The position numbers were made by a program, and so were the translations under genes. A model generated the notes under the pieces. It saw only the letters and a list, made by a program, of their open reading frames with translations. It did no database searches and was not told where the DNA came from. Source: Octopus sinensis (Eukaryota). Taken from it: a stretch of 64,000 nucleotides of DNA. Position 1 is the stretch's first letter. The number at the start of each line of letters is the position of its first letter. The stretch is from the NCBI RefSeq assembly GCF_006345805.1, contig NC_043024.1, positions 372,001 to 436,000 of the forward strand, written 5' to 3'. Positions 11,234-22,396 of the stretch are shown here, piece by piece.

Positions 11234-14200
11234 CAGGCGTATATACTACAATAACAAAAGTAAATATTCTTACCATTTTTGGTTATTCTTCTTGAAGACA
11301 GCATTGGCATTCCAAGCGTTTGTGCCATCAATGGGACACACGGAACGAGAATGGAGGAGCCAGTTGTCAATGCATTCACGATGGAACTGGAAAGATGCAC
11401 AGAATTATTGTAACATTAATGGTGAATAAAGGAGTGCTTTGATGTAGAGGAGAGAGATGGACAGGAGTTATTGGCGGTACACGGAGAGCATGCTGTAATT
11501 GTGGTTGCCGTTGTTGCTGTTGTTTAACCGTGTTTTGAGTAAGATTTAGTTGATATTTCTAGCAAGATCAATGACCACCTAGAGGCTGTCACATCATCTT
11601 AAAGACTCTCTTTGTGGTTAAGGTAAAGATGCTTTCATTGCCTTTTTTTGTTGGCTTTCACAGAGGTACTCTGAGTACCATAATGCAGAAGGAAAGAAGA
11701 TTTTGAACATGAGCTAAATCATGCAGGGGTTCATTTTGGCACCACTGAAGACCTTATCTCAGACAATTCTTGACTAGCAGCAATCCACAAATACACAATC
11801 ATATATTTATGGAGAAGCAAACACCCACACCCACACACATACAAAGTGGCATCAAAACATTCTTGGACTAGTTATGTAATGCACCAACAGATGGCAGCAT
11901 ACGGTTGCGTGCACAGTGAGTGCTAGCAGTGACCTTCATGAGGTAATGTGCTGAGTGACATTTGCTGTGTTTAATTTGCAAGTTGCGAAATTTGTGCTTC
12001 TGCAATCACGTGCGTCTGCTGTAGTTTGTGATTTTTGTCATGGACAGGAATAAAGAGCCAATGTGAAATTTTGCACTAAACTTGGGAAGTCTGCTACAGA
12101 GACATTGAACATGCTTTGGCAAGCTTGTGGTGATGACAGGAGGGTCCTATGCAATGTTTCAACGGGCATGGGCACTTCAAAAGCAGAACATCCCTGGAAG
12201 ACGATGAGCAATCTGGAAGACCTGCCACAAACATCAGCCCCAGAAATGTGGTATCGTGCATTGAGAATTTGTCCCCTAGGGACAGACTGTCAATCAAGAG
12301 TTCAGCTGTGACATTTTGAAGCATGTGAGTGAGGTCATTCAGGGAAAGAAACCGAATCTGTGGAACTCAAAGAATTGGATTCTTCATTGAGCTCTCCTCA
12401 CTCGTGAGTTTTTTGCCAAAAACATATTTTCTGTCTAATTTTTCCTTTGTATCTGTTATTCATCTAATAATACTTGGTCAGAAAATTTAGGGCATAACTA
12501 CAGAAATGTGCCCCACTGAATTTGTTTCCTCATAACTTTCTCAAAAATGGATGTTTATCAATGAAAGTTTCTACAAATATATTTCAGATGGTGTAGATTA
12601 CAGTCGCTTTGGGATTCCTTGTAATAAAATTCCTGAGAGAGGAGTTGGGGATAATTCACAAACCTTAATTTTGTTCCTCAGAGCTTTCAGAAAAATGGTT
12701 TCCTTGCCCCTTCATAACCATGTTGAGAAAAGTCCAACCACTTACCTTGTGTCTATATGGCAGTCTCCGCACCAGCGTTGATACCTGGAAGGGACCGAGA
12801 CAGATGTGGCACTGTGCCCCAGTGGACAGCAGGACACTGTTCTCGGTTACAGTCTCGAGGGGAAGTGACTCTATGATCTTCTCTGAGAGGGAGTTGAACT
12901 GTGTGAATTCGTCACTGCAAAATAAAAACTGTTCACAATAACAACAGTAACAACAACAACTAAACTAACAGAGACTACTACTACTACTACCACATTGCTG
13001 CTGTTGCTGCTGCTAAAACTGGCACTCTGTTCATTATGACAACGAGGGTTCCAGTTGATCTGATCTATGGGACAGCCTGCTCATGAACTTAATGTACAAG
13101 TGGTTGAGTACTCCACAGACATTGTGTACCCTTAATGTAATCCTCAGAAAGATTCAACACAACACAGAAGGGGACAAGGCTGACCCTTTGAAATACAGGT
13201 ACAACTCATTGATGCCAGCTGAGTCGACTGGAGCATTGCTGGGAATTGAACTCACAACCTTGCAATCATGTTCTAAATACCTTAACCACAAAGCCACACA
13301 TCTTCATGCTGCTGCTGCTACTACTACTACTATTACCACTAATACTTCTCTTGCCATTACTATTACCACTGCTAGTGCATCTTACCCATCTAACTTATCT
13401 GTCCTTCAGAAAAGAATCTTGTATATATCTTTTGTAACTTACCTGTATATCTTACATATCTAACTGAAAACATCTTAATTGTTTCACTTACCTGTGTAAC
13501 TTACCTCTTAAAAGCACCAGTCTACACAGCCTACCCGACTTACCTGTCTAACTTAATCTACCAGAAGTTCTCTTATCTGTCTAACTAAAAACATCTTACC
13601 TGTCTAACTGAAGACACTTTTCTGTCTAACTAAAGTCATTTTTTTTGTCTATTTTATGCAGGTAACTAAAGTCATCTTACCTGTTTCTCTTACCTGTCTA
13701 TCCGATAACAGCTTACCTGCCTAATTTACTTGTCTAACTGAACATATCTTACATTTCTAATGCACTTGTCTAACTTAACCTGTTTAACTGAAATCATTTT
13801 ACCTGTCTAACTAAAAACATCTTGCCTGTCTAACATACCTGTCTAATTGAAGACATCTTAAACTGACTAACTTACTTGTCTAACTAAAGACATCTTAACC
13901 TATCTAACATACTAGTTTATTTAAAGACATTTTACCTGTCTAACTTACCTGTCTAACTGAAGAAGACTTTCATAGTCATCATCTTTCAGGTCACGTCTCA
14001 TCAAATTCTTGATCAAGGCCTCAGGTAGGGAGTAATTAAAACTCCTTTCAACCATCTTCCACCTCTGTGTTCTCCTCTGTAATGAAGACAGTAAACTGTT
14101 GGTCACTGCTACAAAGTACAAGGGTCAAAGGTCAATGTTACAAAGTAAAAAGGTTGGAGGTCAGTCACTGTCATAGCTACAGAGCATAAAACAAATGGCA

Positions 14201-17200
14201 TCTGAGGTCATTCAACCAATTAGAAGCAACAGCCATGTCACTCCCTATTTAATATCACACTCTATCATCAGGGAAGGACACATTGAAGAGGTAGTCCTAG
14301 ATTAGATGGTCATGGAGGGAATGCTTATATCTGCTACAAGAAAATGCAGCCAAATTTCATCAAATCTCTTGATATCATCTTAAGAAACGAAGGTTGTATA
14401 GGGCAATGTAGTCCTGGATATACAATAAGACAGTATATTGCCAAAAGTACCGGCCATTTGTCACCACCTCCATGAGGCCCAACGTTTGAACAGTGCCTCT
14501 TACATACGACACTGACATTGGCCATGGCTACAATTTCCCTTGCCTTGATGGGTCTTTATATATATATATATATACACTGACACAATCACATTCATGTGCA
14601 TGCATATATATATATACATGCTGATATACACACATAGACAAGTACACTTATGCACTAACATATGTCAATTGTTATGAATGAGCCCAGTTCTTGACAGACA
14701 TAAATGTCCCCAGATTCTGTAGATACAACTTCCAGCATTCCCTCTTGGGGCATTTTCAAGCAGCTCGCTTACTTCAGCAAGCAAAATGCATGTTTCTTCA
14801 AAAATACCCATTCCTAGTATATACATACTTACATACATATATATACATATATATATATACACATACTCACCTGTCTAAACTTGAACTGATGCTCCTCATG
14901 GACTGATGTGTTGAAGCAATGTTGACACAGGTAAAAGCTGTTGCATATAGTACACCTGTATGTATGAATATATATATATATATATATAAAATTAATCTCC
15001 AAAAAATCAAAGGAAAAACACTAGAAAAAAACAACAACAGGAGGACATGATACATGCAAACTAATAAAAGCCACTCAGGGAAGGAGATCAGAGTTTGTAT
15101 GATTGTGTAGAGAAGAATATATTGAGCAATGAAATTCCAACCTAGTCTGATTTTTACATTTTATTATTTACAGTTCTTACAATTTTACATTATAATAATA
15201 AGATATTATATATCTTATTATATGGTTGCGTGCACAGTGAGAGCTAGCAGTGACCTTCATGAGGTAATGTGCTGAGTGACATTGCTGTGTTTACTATGCA
15301 AATTATGAAATTTGTGCTTTTGATATTTCTTGTGATAAAACAAGTACTTCCATGCACTACGCAATCATCAGGTTTCTGTAGTGACAGCCGTGTTCCACAA
15401 CTGACAACTGTCAATTATAATATAATGAAATTATTGTATACAGTGCTCAGGTGCACCACAACTTGTCAGAAAGTGTGTATAGAGTACATGCAGTAATGTA
15501 CAAATGTCTGGAAAGCGAACAATGTATGAGTCAGATACATGGTTGTGTGTGTATGGAGGGGAGAAAATCAGGTGTAGTGTTGGCGAATCTCAGAAAGCAT
15601 GGAAGCATGGAATATATGTATATATATTATTTATATTAAGGGCATTACTCTACATAAATGCCTCATGCTAGGAGGGACTCTTAAAGTCAAAACTACCATA
15701 ATGTGTTTATTATGGTGTATTTTTGACTTTAAGAGTCCCTCCTAGCATGAGTCATTTATGTATATTAATTCCCTTAATATAAATAAATATATTTAAAGGG
15801 AATAATTAATAAATTTTTCCCTTGTGAGGTTTTTCACGTTAACTACTTGATAAATTCTTATAAATATAGATACAACATCATGTCTCATCGATAGATAATA
15901 TTGTGATGACATTTTCGGACAACTGCTTGTGATGTGGGTGATGTCTTCGGTGTTAACTCCACAAAATGTGCATCGGTTGTCACATTTTGCTGCTTCTCTT
16001 GCATATCTGTCCCTGTTGTGCATCAGGTGTTTGGTTGATATTTCTTGTTCTTGGACTTCCAAATGCAAACCTTTGAAAGTGGGAATTAGTAATCCAATGT
16101 ATGTATGTGTGTGTGTGTGTGTATGTATTTATGTATGTGTGTGTGTGTGTGTGTGTACATATATATATATATATACATAAATTTATAGTGAATATATGAA
16201 TTCATAGAATCGTGTGGCTATCATGAAAAGCTCCTCTAATGGACCCGGCTAGCAGACAACATATTAGTATAACAGAGAACATTGAGCTGGCTTGAACATG
16301 TGATGGTGCAGACATGTGGTGATATCGACATGTAGTAGTATGGATATATGCAAGTGTGTATGCCTCTGTATGTGTGTTTATATGTGTATGTGTTTCTCTA
16401 TGTGTGTGTGTGTTTGTGTGTGTGTGCCTATGTGAATGTGGTTTGTGCAAGAGTCCACTGTATGTGCGTGCACTGTATATATGTGTTTGTGTATGTGTGT
16501 GGATACATCTGTGAATCTGTTTACAACAACACCAACAACATCAACAGCAAACAATATTAACAATGTCACATCCTAATTACTTGTAGCAGTTTCCAATAAT
16601 TGGCTTCAAATGGCAGGTTGAGCACTCTAATCCGTAATGGTAGTGTTTCACGGGGAAGGCCACGCCACTCATTGAGTTGCGCTCCTCTATCTTCAGTTTC
16701 TCAAGGCTAACAAAAACCCCGCGGCACATGGGGCACATCACAGTATCTTTCTCCTCAGAGCCTGTGGTTGTCTGGTGCTCAGCATGGATTTTCATGCATT
16801 TTATGTGGATGTTGTTACCACAACCATATCTGGAAGAAGAAGAAGAAGAAGCGAAAAGGAAAACAGTAAGAAAATGCATATGTAGACACATACACACATA
16901 TATATATACATCACCCTTTTGAAGCCTAGCCAGTCTCATGAGCCCAGTTTCCGTGGCATATGTGTTCCCCCCAGTCCATCGCAGCGTTACTCAAGAAACA
17001 AGAAGAAAGAGTGAGAGAAAGTTGTGGCGATAGGGTACAACAGGGGGTCGCCACCATCCTCTGGTGGAGCCTCGTGGAGCTTTTAGGTGTTTTCACTCAA
17101 TAAACACACACAACGCCCGGTCAGGAAATCGAAACCGCGATCCTCCGACCACGAGTCTGCTACCCTAACCACTGGGCTATTGCGCCTCCACATATATATA

Positions 17201-18520
17201 TATATATATATATATTGTTATCTTAAATGTATTGAATTTTATACTGTATGTATGTATGTTATTATGGTTGTAGTTTTGTTAATTAAATAAGACAACATTC
17301 TTATATCGTAAAGCTGATAAACCAATTAATGTGTTTCTCCATTTTCTTATTTATTTATATATATATATAGACATCTGCAAACACTACATTACTGCCATCC
17401 TGGAGTCTGTTTAGTTGTGAGGGCAGACAGTAATAGAAGCGCAGGCTGAGGCAGTCATGATCCATTCGTCAAGCTTGTAATTACATCCTTTGTTAGAGCC
17501 TGGGAGGTGGAGTGTTGACCTTGCCAAATTGTTGTGTGTCTTCATCATTGTGGGACAACCATGTCAGGCAGGCAACACAGCTGTGAAAGCAAATTTGGCT
17601 ATTATATCTAATAGGTCAACCAAGCACACAAAAGCCCTCTGTCTGAATCACATATATGTGTGTATGTGTATGTGTGAGTGTGTGTGTGTGCGTGTGCATG
17701 CATGAATGTGTGTGTGTGTGTGTGTGTGCATGCATGTTTGTACGTGTATCATACATTCCTATACACACACACACTCACACATACACTCACACACACACTC
17801 ACACAAACACTCACACACACGATGGTATAAGCCAACCAGGAGCGTCTATGCAGTCACTCAGCCTGCAAAAAAAATAGCAGCTAAATTTACCTCATATCAT
17901 ACTCTAAACACTATAAATGGCTATGTGGTAAGAAGCTTGCTTCCCAGCCACATGGTTCCGAGTTCAATTCCACTGCATGGCACCTTGGGCAAGTGTCTTC
18001 TGCTATAGCCTCAGGCTGAGCAAAGCCTTGGGAGGGGATTTGGTAGATGGAAACTGAAAGAAGCCCATTGAATATGCATGTGTGCATGTGTGTGTGTGTA
18101 TATGTTTGTCCACCACCACCAACTGACAACCGGTGTTGGTATGTTTACATCCCTGTAACTTAACAGTTTGGCAAAAGACCAATGGAATAAGTACCAGGCT
18201 TAAAAAACAAAAATATTACTGGGGTTGATTCGTTCATCTAAAAATTCAAAGTGGTGCTCCAGCATGGCCGCAGTCTAATGACTGAAACCGGTAAAAGACA
18301 GAAGATAGAAGATAAAAGAACCAATGATTGGCTGTGTGAGTTCAAATCTCTCTCAAATCACACTTTCACCATCTCAGAAAAGAAGGACACTTTCTATCAT
18401 GTAAGTTCCTGATGAAAAGGTTGGGTGGTCATATCTGGAAGACCTTCTTTTCATCTGTTCAATTATGTTTGGACCTGAAGAGGATAAACAACAAATGCTG
18501 CTGCTGCTGCTACTGCAGCA

Positions 18521-18551
<31 letters not shown>

Positions 18552-20645
18552 ACCTGCAGTATGTGACAGGCAGGTGAGACTTGAGTAAATTGTCCAAACA
18601 AATTGGACAAACAGAATCTTCATCAATTTTTCTCTGGGGGACAGTGTTGAGTTCAGCGCCATCTGCTGGAGGCACTGATTCTGCTGACTGCTCTGTGTTT
18701 GTCTGTGTCTTGTTGGCAGCGGCATCGCTTGCTGATTTGGCAAGTAAGTCATCAATTTCTCTTTCTGATAGTCCTTTCTGCCAACTCACTGCAACCAAAA
18801 ATGTTGAAAGAAGAAATCAATTTGGACATCAAGAAATGCAAAAACATTGGCCAAAATAGGTCCAGAGTGGAATGAAGTGGGGTGTAAAAAAAAGAGTTTA
18901 AAAATTTTTTTTCATACAAAGATGCTCTATGTTGTTTTGAGGGGAAGGTAAAACTTGACAAACTGCTTCTCCCTCTTTTGTTGGACTACCGTGATGTTTG
19001 TTTAAAACAGGGCGATTATGACTGTGATAAAATAATGAAAGCAATATTTACTAAGCGAGTGGGCACTATTTTACAAATAAATAATTAGACATAAAATATA
19101 ATAATGATTAGAACTGGGAATCAAATGTGAAAATATTATCAAGGGACAAGCAGAAAACTGCCTGGTGGGAGGCCTTTCTACAAGTATATATAATAATAAC
19201 AATAATTCTAAGATGGAATTTATAAACATTTAATGCATTGCTGTGTGTGATGTTTATAATTCCATTCTAGGATTATTGTTGTTATTATTATATTTATCCT
19301 ATATTATATTGGTATAATCATGATGCAACTCCAAAAAACTGGTTTCCCAGTCAGCAGCATTAGATGGTGGCTGGCATAATGGGATAGGAGCTTCATCTGC
19401 ATAACCAAAACATTGACATAAATGAATTTAAAATATATATATATATATACACATATATATATAATATATAATATATATATGTGTGTGTGTGTATGTATAT
19501 ATATATATGTATATATATATATATGCATGTGTGTGTGTGTAGATAGATGCACACACACACACACAGTGTTATGCATGCCCATGTGTGTATAAATTAACAA
19601 CAGATCATATTTACGTGGATCTTTCATGGTGAGGCGGAACTTCTTCAGGAGGAGCCAGCAGATATGCCTGCAGAGTTCTTTGGTTCTCAGGAATAGACTA
19701 CAAGAACAGCAGTGCTTCCGGCCCAGGAACGTCTGACAGAAGTTAAATAGATTGACAATGACAATGACACATTATGGCATTCGTACATCCATACTTTATA
19801 TCTTCAGGAGGAGTTACCTCAATCCTTCCTATATTAACCAAAATGAAGTAGATTGACAAATTTATTTTTTGAACCAGTTGAAGATACACAAGATGTCGAA
19901 ATATCGCTCACTAGATAGGCGCAGGAGTGGCTGTGTGGTAAGTAGCTTGCTAACCAACCACATGGTTCCGGGTTCAGTCCCACTGCGTGGCACCTTGGGC
20001 AAGTGTCTTCTGCTATAGCCCCAGGCCGACCAATGCCTTGTGAGTGGATTTGGTAGACGGAAACTGAAAGAAGCCTGTTATATATATGTATATATATATA
20101 TGTGTGTATCTTTGTGTTTGTGTGTTTGTCCCGCAAGCATTGCTTGACAACTGATGCTGGTGTGTTTACATCCCCGTCACTTAGCGGTTCGGCAAAAAGA
20201 GACCGATAGAATAAGTACTGGGCTTACAAAGAATAAGTCCCGGGGTCGAGTTGCTCGACTAAAGGCGGTGCTCCAGCATGGCCGCAGTCAAATGACTGAA
20301 ACAAGTAAAAGGGAGTAAAGAGTAGATAACAATGGCAAAGTTGACCTCGGTGGAATTTGAACTCAGAACACAGCAATTGTCAAAATACTACTAAGCATTT
20401 CGCTCAGCATCCTAACAATTCTGTCAGCTTACTGCCTTAATAACATTAATTATAATAATAATAACTTGGGTGGTTGGTATGTGTTAGTAGCTTACCTTGA
20501 AATTCTTCTCTTCCCCATCTTCCTTCAACAAAAATGCGAGAGGTCCAAACGTTCTCAAGATGTAGATTTTGGCTGAGAGTGATAGAAGCTGGTTGCTATT
20601 GACAACTTCACTGCATGTTTTTTGATAACATTCTTCACTGTTCAT
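5997..20645 (-). CDS. ZSWIM2: ZSWIM2-like E3 ubiquitin ligase (SWIM, RING, ZZ, RING-H2); whole-gene span, 12 coding exons, 626 aa
   Basis: Exons 20496-20645, 19615-19732, 18554-18788, 16581-16829, 14871-14955, 13949-14076, 12746-12914, 11274-11386, 10635-10832, 9582-9724, 7181-7269, 5997-6200. All introns are GT-AG with matching phases; total 1881 nt including stop. Peptides IYILRTFGPLAFLLKE, CSC..ELCRHICWLLLKKF, CPICLD..LPVTYCRYGCGNNIHIKCMKI and FHRECIDNWL..CPIDG match vertebrate ZSWIM2 as I recall it. Confidence 0.92.
7181..7269 (-). CDS. ZSWIM2: ZSWIM2 exon 11
   Basis: RKKILRHSANSVSNSDKNSGNNGISKILQ; phase-1 entry matches exon 10; GTGAGT donor. Confidence 0.7.
7509..8221 (+). mobile_element. 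Internally deleted mariner transposon
   Basis: TA flanks; TIRs TTGGCTTGAGGA..TAATTCATGAG / CTCATGAATTATTCCTCAACCCAA; remnants EHFRHHLLFAFN..KNGNFDL and IEKLIERWQEVVNNNGEYIID. Confidence 0.88.
8229..8791 (+). mobile_element. Tc1/mariner-superfamily deletion derivative next to the mariner above
   Basis: TIR pair CAGGTAGGGGTCAAAGTAGGTATACAGT / ACTGTGTACCTACTTTTGCTCACACCTG; TA on the left. Confidence 0.7.
8900..9415. repeat. Diverged direct duplication of about 220 bp (about 8903-9121 and 9198-9415)
   Basis: Shared blocks cccctgatcta..gtgacttt, acaaggacttcc and ggaccctaccccacatgttccaagtggaacatg. Confidence 0.85.
9582..9724 (-). CDS. ZSWIM2: ZSWIM2 exon 10
   Basis: NSSPNQKSSG...RRRSLVLPPLR; pyrimidine-rich acceptor, GTAAT donor in phase 1. 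Confidence 0.72.
10210..10410 (-). mobile_element. RTE-clade LINE 3' fragment
   Basis: MLRWMCNVS...LREKLGIRGIRCGVQKRWYGHVMRMD, with the RTE C-terminal RW.GHV.RM motif. Confidence 0.75.
10635..10832 (-). CDS. ZSWIM2: ZSWIM2 exon 9 (low-complexity C-terminal region)
   Basis: Open frame QSKKKEPPTEELSLNISGLAI...MTIKSAN; phase 2 at both ends fits neighbours; ttgcag/GTGAG. Confidence 0.8.
11274..11386 (-). CDS. ZSWIM2: ZSWIM2 exon 8, second half of RING2
   Basis: FHRECIDNWLLHSRSVCPIDGTNAWN. Confidence 0.92.
11840..12430 (+). mobile_element. Decayed mariner transposase fragment
   Basis: KFCTKLGKSATETLNML helix-turn-helix start and EFVP.GQTVN..NLWNSKNWILH remnants; part of its 5' region recurs at about 15222-15300. 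Confidence 0.75.
12746..12914 (-). CDS. ZSWIM2: ZSWIM2 exon 7, first half of RING2
   Basis: IIESLPLETVTENSVLLSTGAQCHICLGPFQVSTLVRRLPYRHK. Confidence 0.9.
13380..13965 (-). repeat. Minisatellite of 13- and about 23-nt units copying the ZSWIM2 exon 6 end and donor (AGTTAGACAG|GTAAG)
   Basis: Plus-strand cttacctgtctaact(gaagacat) repeated with variation throughout. Confidence 0.9.
13949..14076 (-). CDS. ZSWIM2: ZSWIM2 exon 6
   Basis: RRTQRWKMVERSFNYSLPEALIKNLMRRDLKDDDYESLLQLD; ttacag acceptor, GTAAG donor. Confidence 0.88.
14871..14955 (-). CDS. ZSWIM2: ZSWIM2 exon 5, end of ZZ finger
   Basis: CTICNSFYLCQHCFNTSVHEEHQFKFRQ; donor GTGAGT. Confidence 0.92.
15622..15792. repeat. Foldback palindrome with about 75-bp arms
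   Basis: ctcatgctaggagggactcttaaagtcaaaa / ttttgactttaagagtccctcctagcatgag. Confidence 0.9.
15860..16095 (-). mobile_element. R4/Dong-type non-LTR fragment (CCHC zinc knuckle)
   Basis: QEQEISTK...CTFCGVNTEDITHITSSCPKMS..YY..MRHDVV. Confidence 0.75.
16581..16829 (-). CDS. ZSWIM2: ZSWIM2 exon 4, end of RING1 and start of ZZ finger
   Basis: YGCGNNIHIKCMKI...CPMCRG...HYGLECSTCHLKPIIGNCYK. Confidence 0.93.
18554..18788 (-). CDS. ZSWIM2: ZSWIM2 exon 3, start of RING1
   Basis: SWQKGLSEREIDDLL...DSVCPICLDNLLKSHLPVTYC; ttgcag acceptor, GTAAG donor. Confidence 0.93.
19615..19732 (-). CDS. ZSWIM2: ZSWIM2 exon 2, SWIM zinc finger
   Basis: TFLGRKHCCSCSLFLRTKELCRHICWLLLKKFRLTMKDP with CxC...CxH motif; AG/GT flanks. 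Confidence 0.93.
19918..20325 (+). mobile_element. tRNA-derived SINE, family A. Other copies at about 6660-6816(-), 17918-18320, 21360-21650, 22770-22930(-), 38684-39075, 56791-57140
   Basis: A-box-like TGGCTGTGTGG, B-box-like GGTTCAGTCC, body caccttgggcaagtgtcttc...ggaaactgaaagaagcc, 3' ctccagcatggccgcagt..atgactgaaac. Confidence 0.85.
20496..20645 (-). CDS. ZSWIM2: ZSWIM2 coding exon 1 (MNSEECYQKT...GEEKNFK)
   Basis: ATG at 20645; acceptor cttgcag ends at 20653, implying an upstream UTR exon; donor GTAAG at 20495. Confidence 0.88.
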
Positions 20646-21002
20646 CTCAATACTGCAAGACAAAGAATCGCTGGATTAACCATTGAGCAAAACAAGGATG
20701 TGTTCAGGGCATCAAAGGAAGCGAGATACCACAGAAATGGTAAATGGTTTATGGCACAAAAGAAATCACTTTTAAACTTTGTAAAATAATATTCAAAGTG
20801 GTTTATATGATTAAAAATAGTTTTGAAGTGTTTGTGCTGTCATGGTGAGGATCTGATCAAAGACTTTGTAATTAAATATAGTAATTAATTAAGTGGAAAT
20901 ATACAAAAATAAACATTATTTTCCATTTTACTGTTTAGTTTTGTTTCATCTTAGAAACTAAAATTTTATTTTATGGTTTATTATTGTTTATATTTTGAAT
21001 GT

Positions 21003-21345
21003 GAAGGTGTATGGCTCAGTGGTTAGAGGGTCAGGCTCACAATCACAAGGTAGTGAGTTCGATTCCTAGACTAGGTTGTGTGTTGTGTTCTTAAGCAAGA
21101 CACTTTATTTCACGTTGTTCCAATTCACTCATCTGGAGACATGAGTTGCAATGTCACAGGTGCCAAGCTGTATCAGTCTTTGCTTTTCTCATGGATAACA
21201 TCAGTGGCATGGAGAAGAGAGGCTGGTATTCATGGGTGACTGCTGGTCTTCCGTAAAACAATGGTGCCAAGACTTGTGCCTCAGAGGGGAACCTTATAGG
21301 TGCAATCCCATGGTCACTCATGACCGAAGGGGGTCTTTACTTTAC
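21003..21345 (+). mobile_element. tRNA-derived SINE, family C. Copies at about 30655-30990, 38157-38505, 50905-51215(-)
   Basis: TGGCTCAGTGG A box, GAGTTCGATTCC B box, shared body gttcttgagcaagacactttatttcac...tgcaatcccatggtca. Confidence 0.85.
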
Positions 21346-21849
21346 CTTAGACGTCTAGGTGCAGGTGTGGCTGTGTAATGAAGAAGTTCACTTTGCAACC
21401 ATGTGATTCCAGGTTCATTCCCACTGCACAGCACCTTCTACTAGAGCCATGGGTTGACCAATGAACTGTGAGGGAATTTAGTAAATGGAAACTATGTGGA
21501 AGCCCATCCTATGTGTGTGTGTGTTTGTCACCCCACCCCTCCCTGCTGTTTGACAACTGCTGTTAGTTTGCTTACATCCCTGTAACTTAGCGATTTGGTT
21601 GAAAGACACCGATAAAATAAGTAATCAGACATTTAAAAAAACAAGGGTGAGATCGTTTTGTTCAATTAGACCAGTCAGTGACTAAGACAGACATAATTGT
21701 GGCTTTGGGTAACAACGTGTGTGTGTGTGTGTGTGTGTGTGCAAATGTGTCCGTGTATATGTGTTTGTGTACGTATATATCTTTACGGGCTTTCATGAAA
21801 CTCAAAACGATCTCACACACGCACAGACACCATCAAAATATCTCTGCAC

Positions 21850-22090
21850 AATTTACCTGTCATTGCTGTGGAAATTAGCTTCTGTCAAAAATAAAAATAT
21901 TCAACCGTGTTCTTGGTTGGCAAAGCAGTCAGCCTGCCGCCGCTCACCAGGGTTACAGTTGCTAGGGAATTACAAACTTCTAACGCCGGCGCTCCATTAT
22001 GATTCTGTCTTGGAGTTTTGTTGCACGGTCTCGAGTCTGTGTTCCGTTGTACGTCTTGCAAGAGTGCGCGTGCGCGTGCATGCGAGGCAG
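21850..22090. promoter_or_regulatory. Candidate promoter and 5' UTR exon zone between divergent ZSWIM2 and TMTC3
   Basis: Local CpG/GC enrichment, X-box-like GTTGCTAGGGAAT (21958-21970), TGCGCGTGCGCG, minus-strand donor CTG|GTGAG at 21947. Confidence 0.45.
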
Positions 22091-22344
22091 CGAAGAACTG
22101 GCAGAATCGTTTGCAACGCCGGACAAACTGCATTTCATCCGTCTTTACGTTCTGAGTTCAAATCCTGCCGACGTCGACTTTGTTTTTCATCCTTTCGGGG
22201 GTAAATGAGCACCAGTCGATGCACTGGAGTCGATGTAATCGATTAACCGGCTCCTCTCAAATTTCAGGCCTGGTGCCGATAGCAGAAAGTGTTATATATA
22301 TATATATTGCTAAACTGGCAATATGACCATTCCGAAATATAACA

Positions 22345-22396
<52 letters not shown>

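Noticed and set aside
13380-13965. CRISPR-like appearance of the short repeat array
   Set aside because: Units are degenerate and abut each other without unique spacers; eukaryotic intron, no cas genes.
21003-21075. tRNA gene candidates at SINE heads (also about 38160, 30655, 19920)
   Set aside because: A and B boxes are present but each runs directly into a shared SINE body, with no complete acceptor stem.
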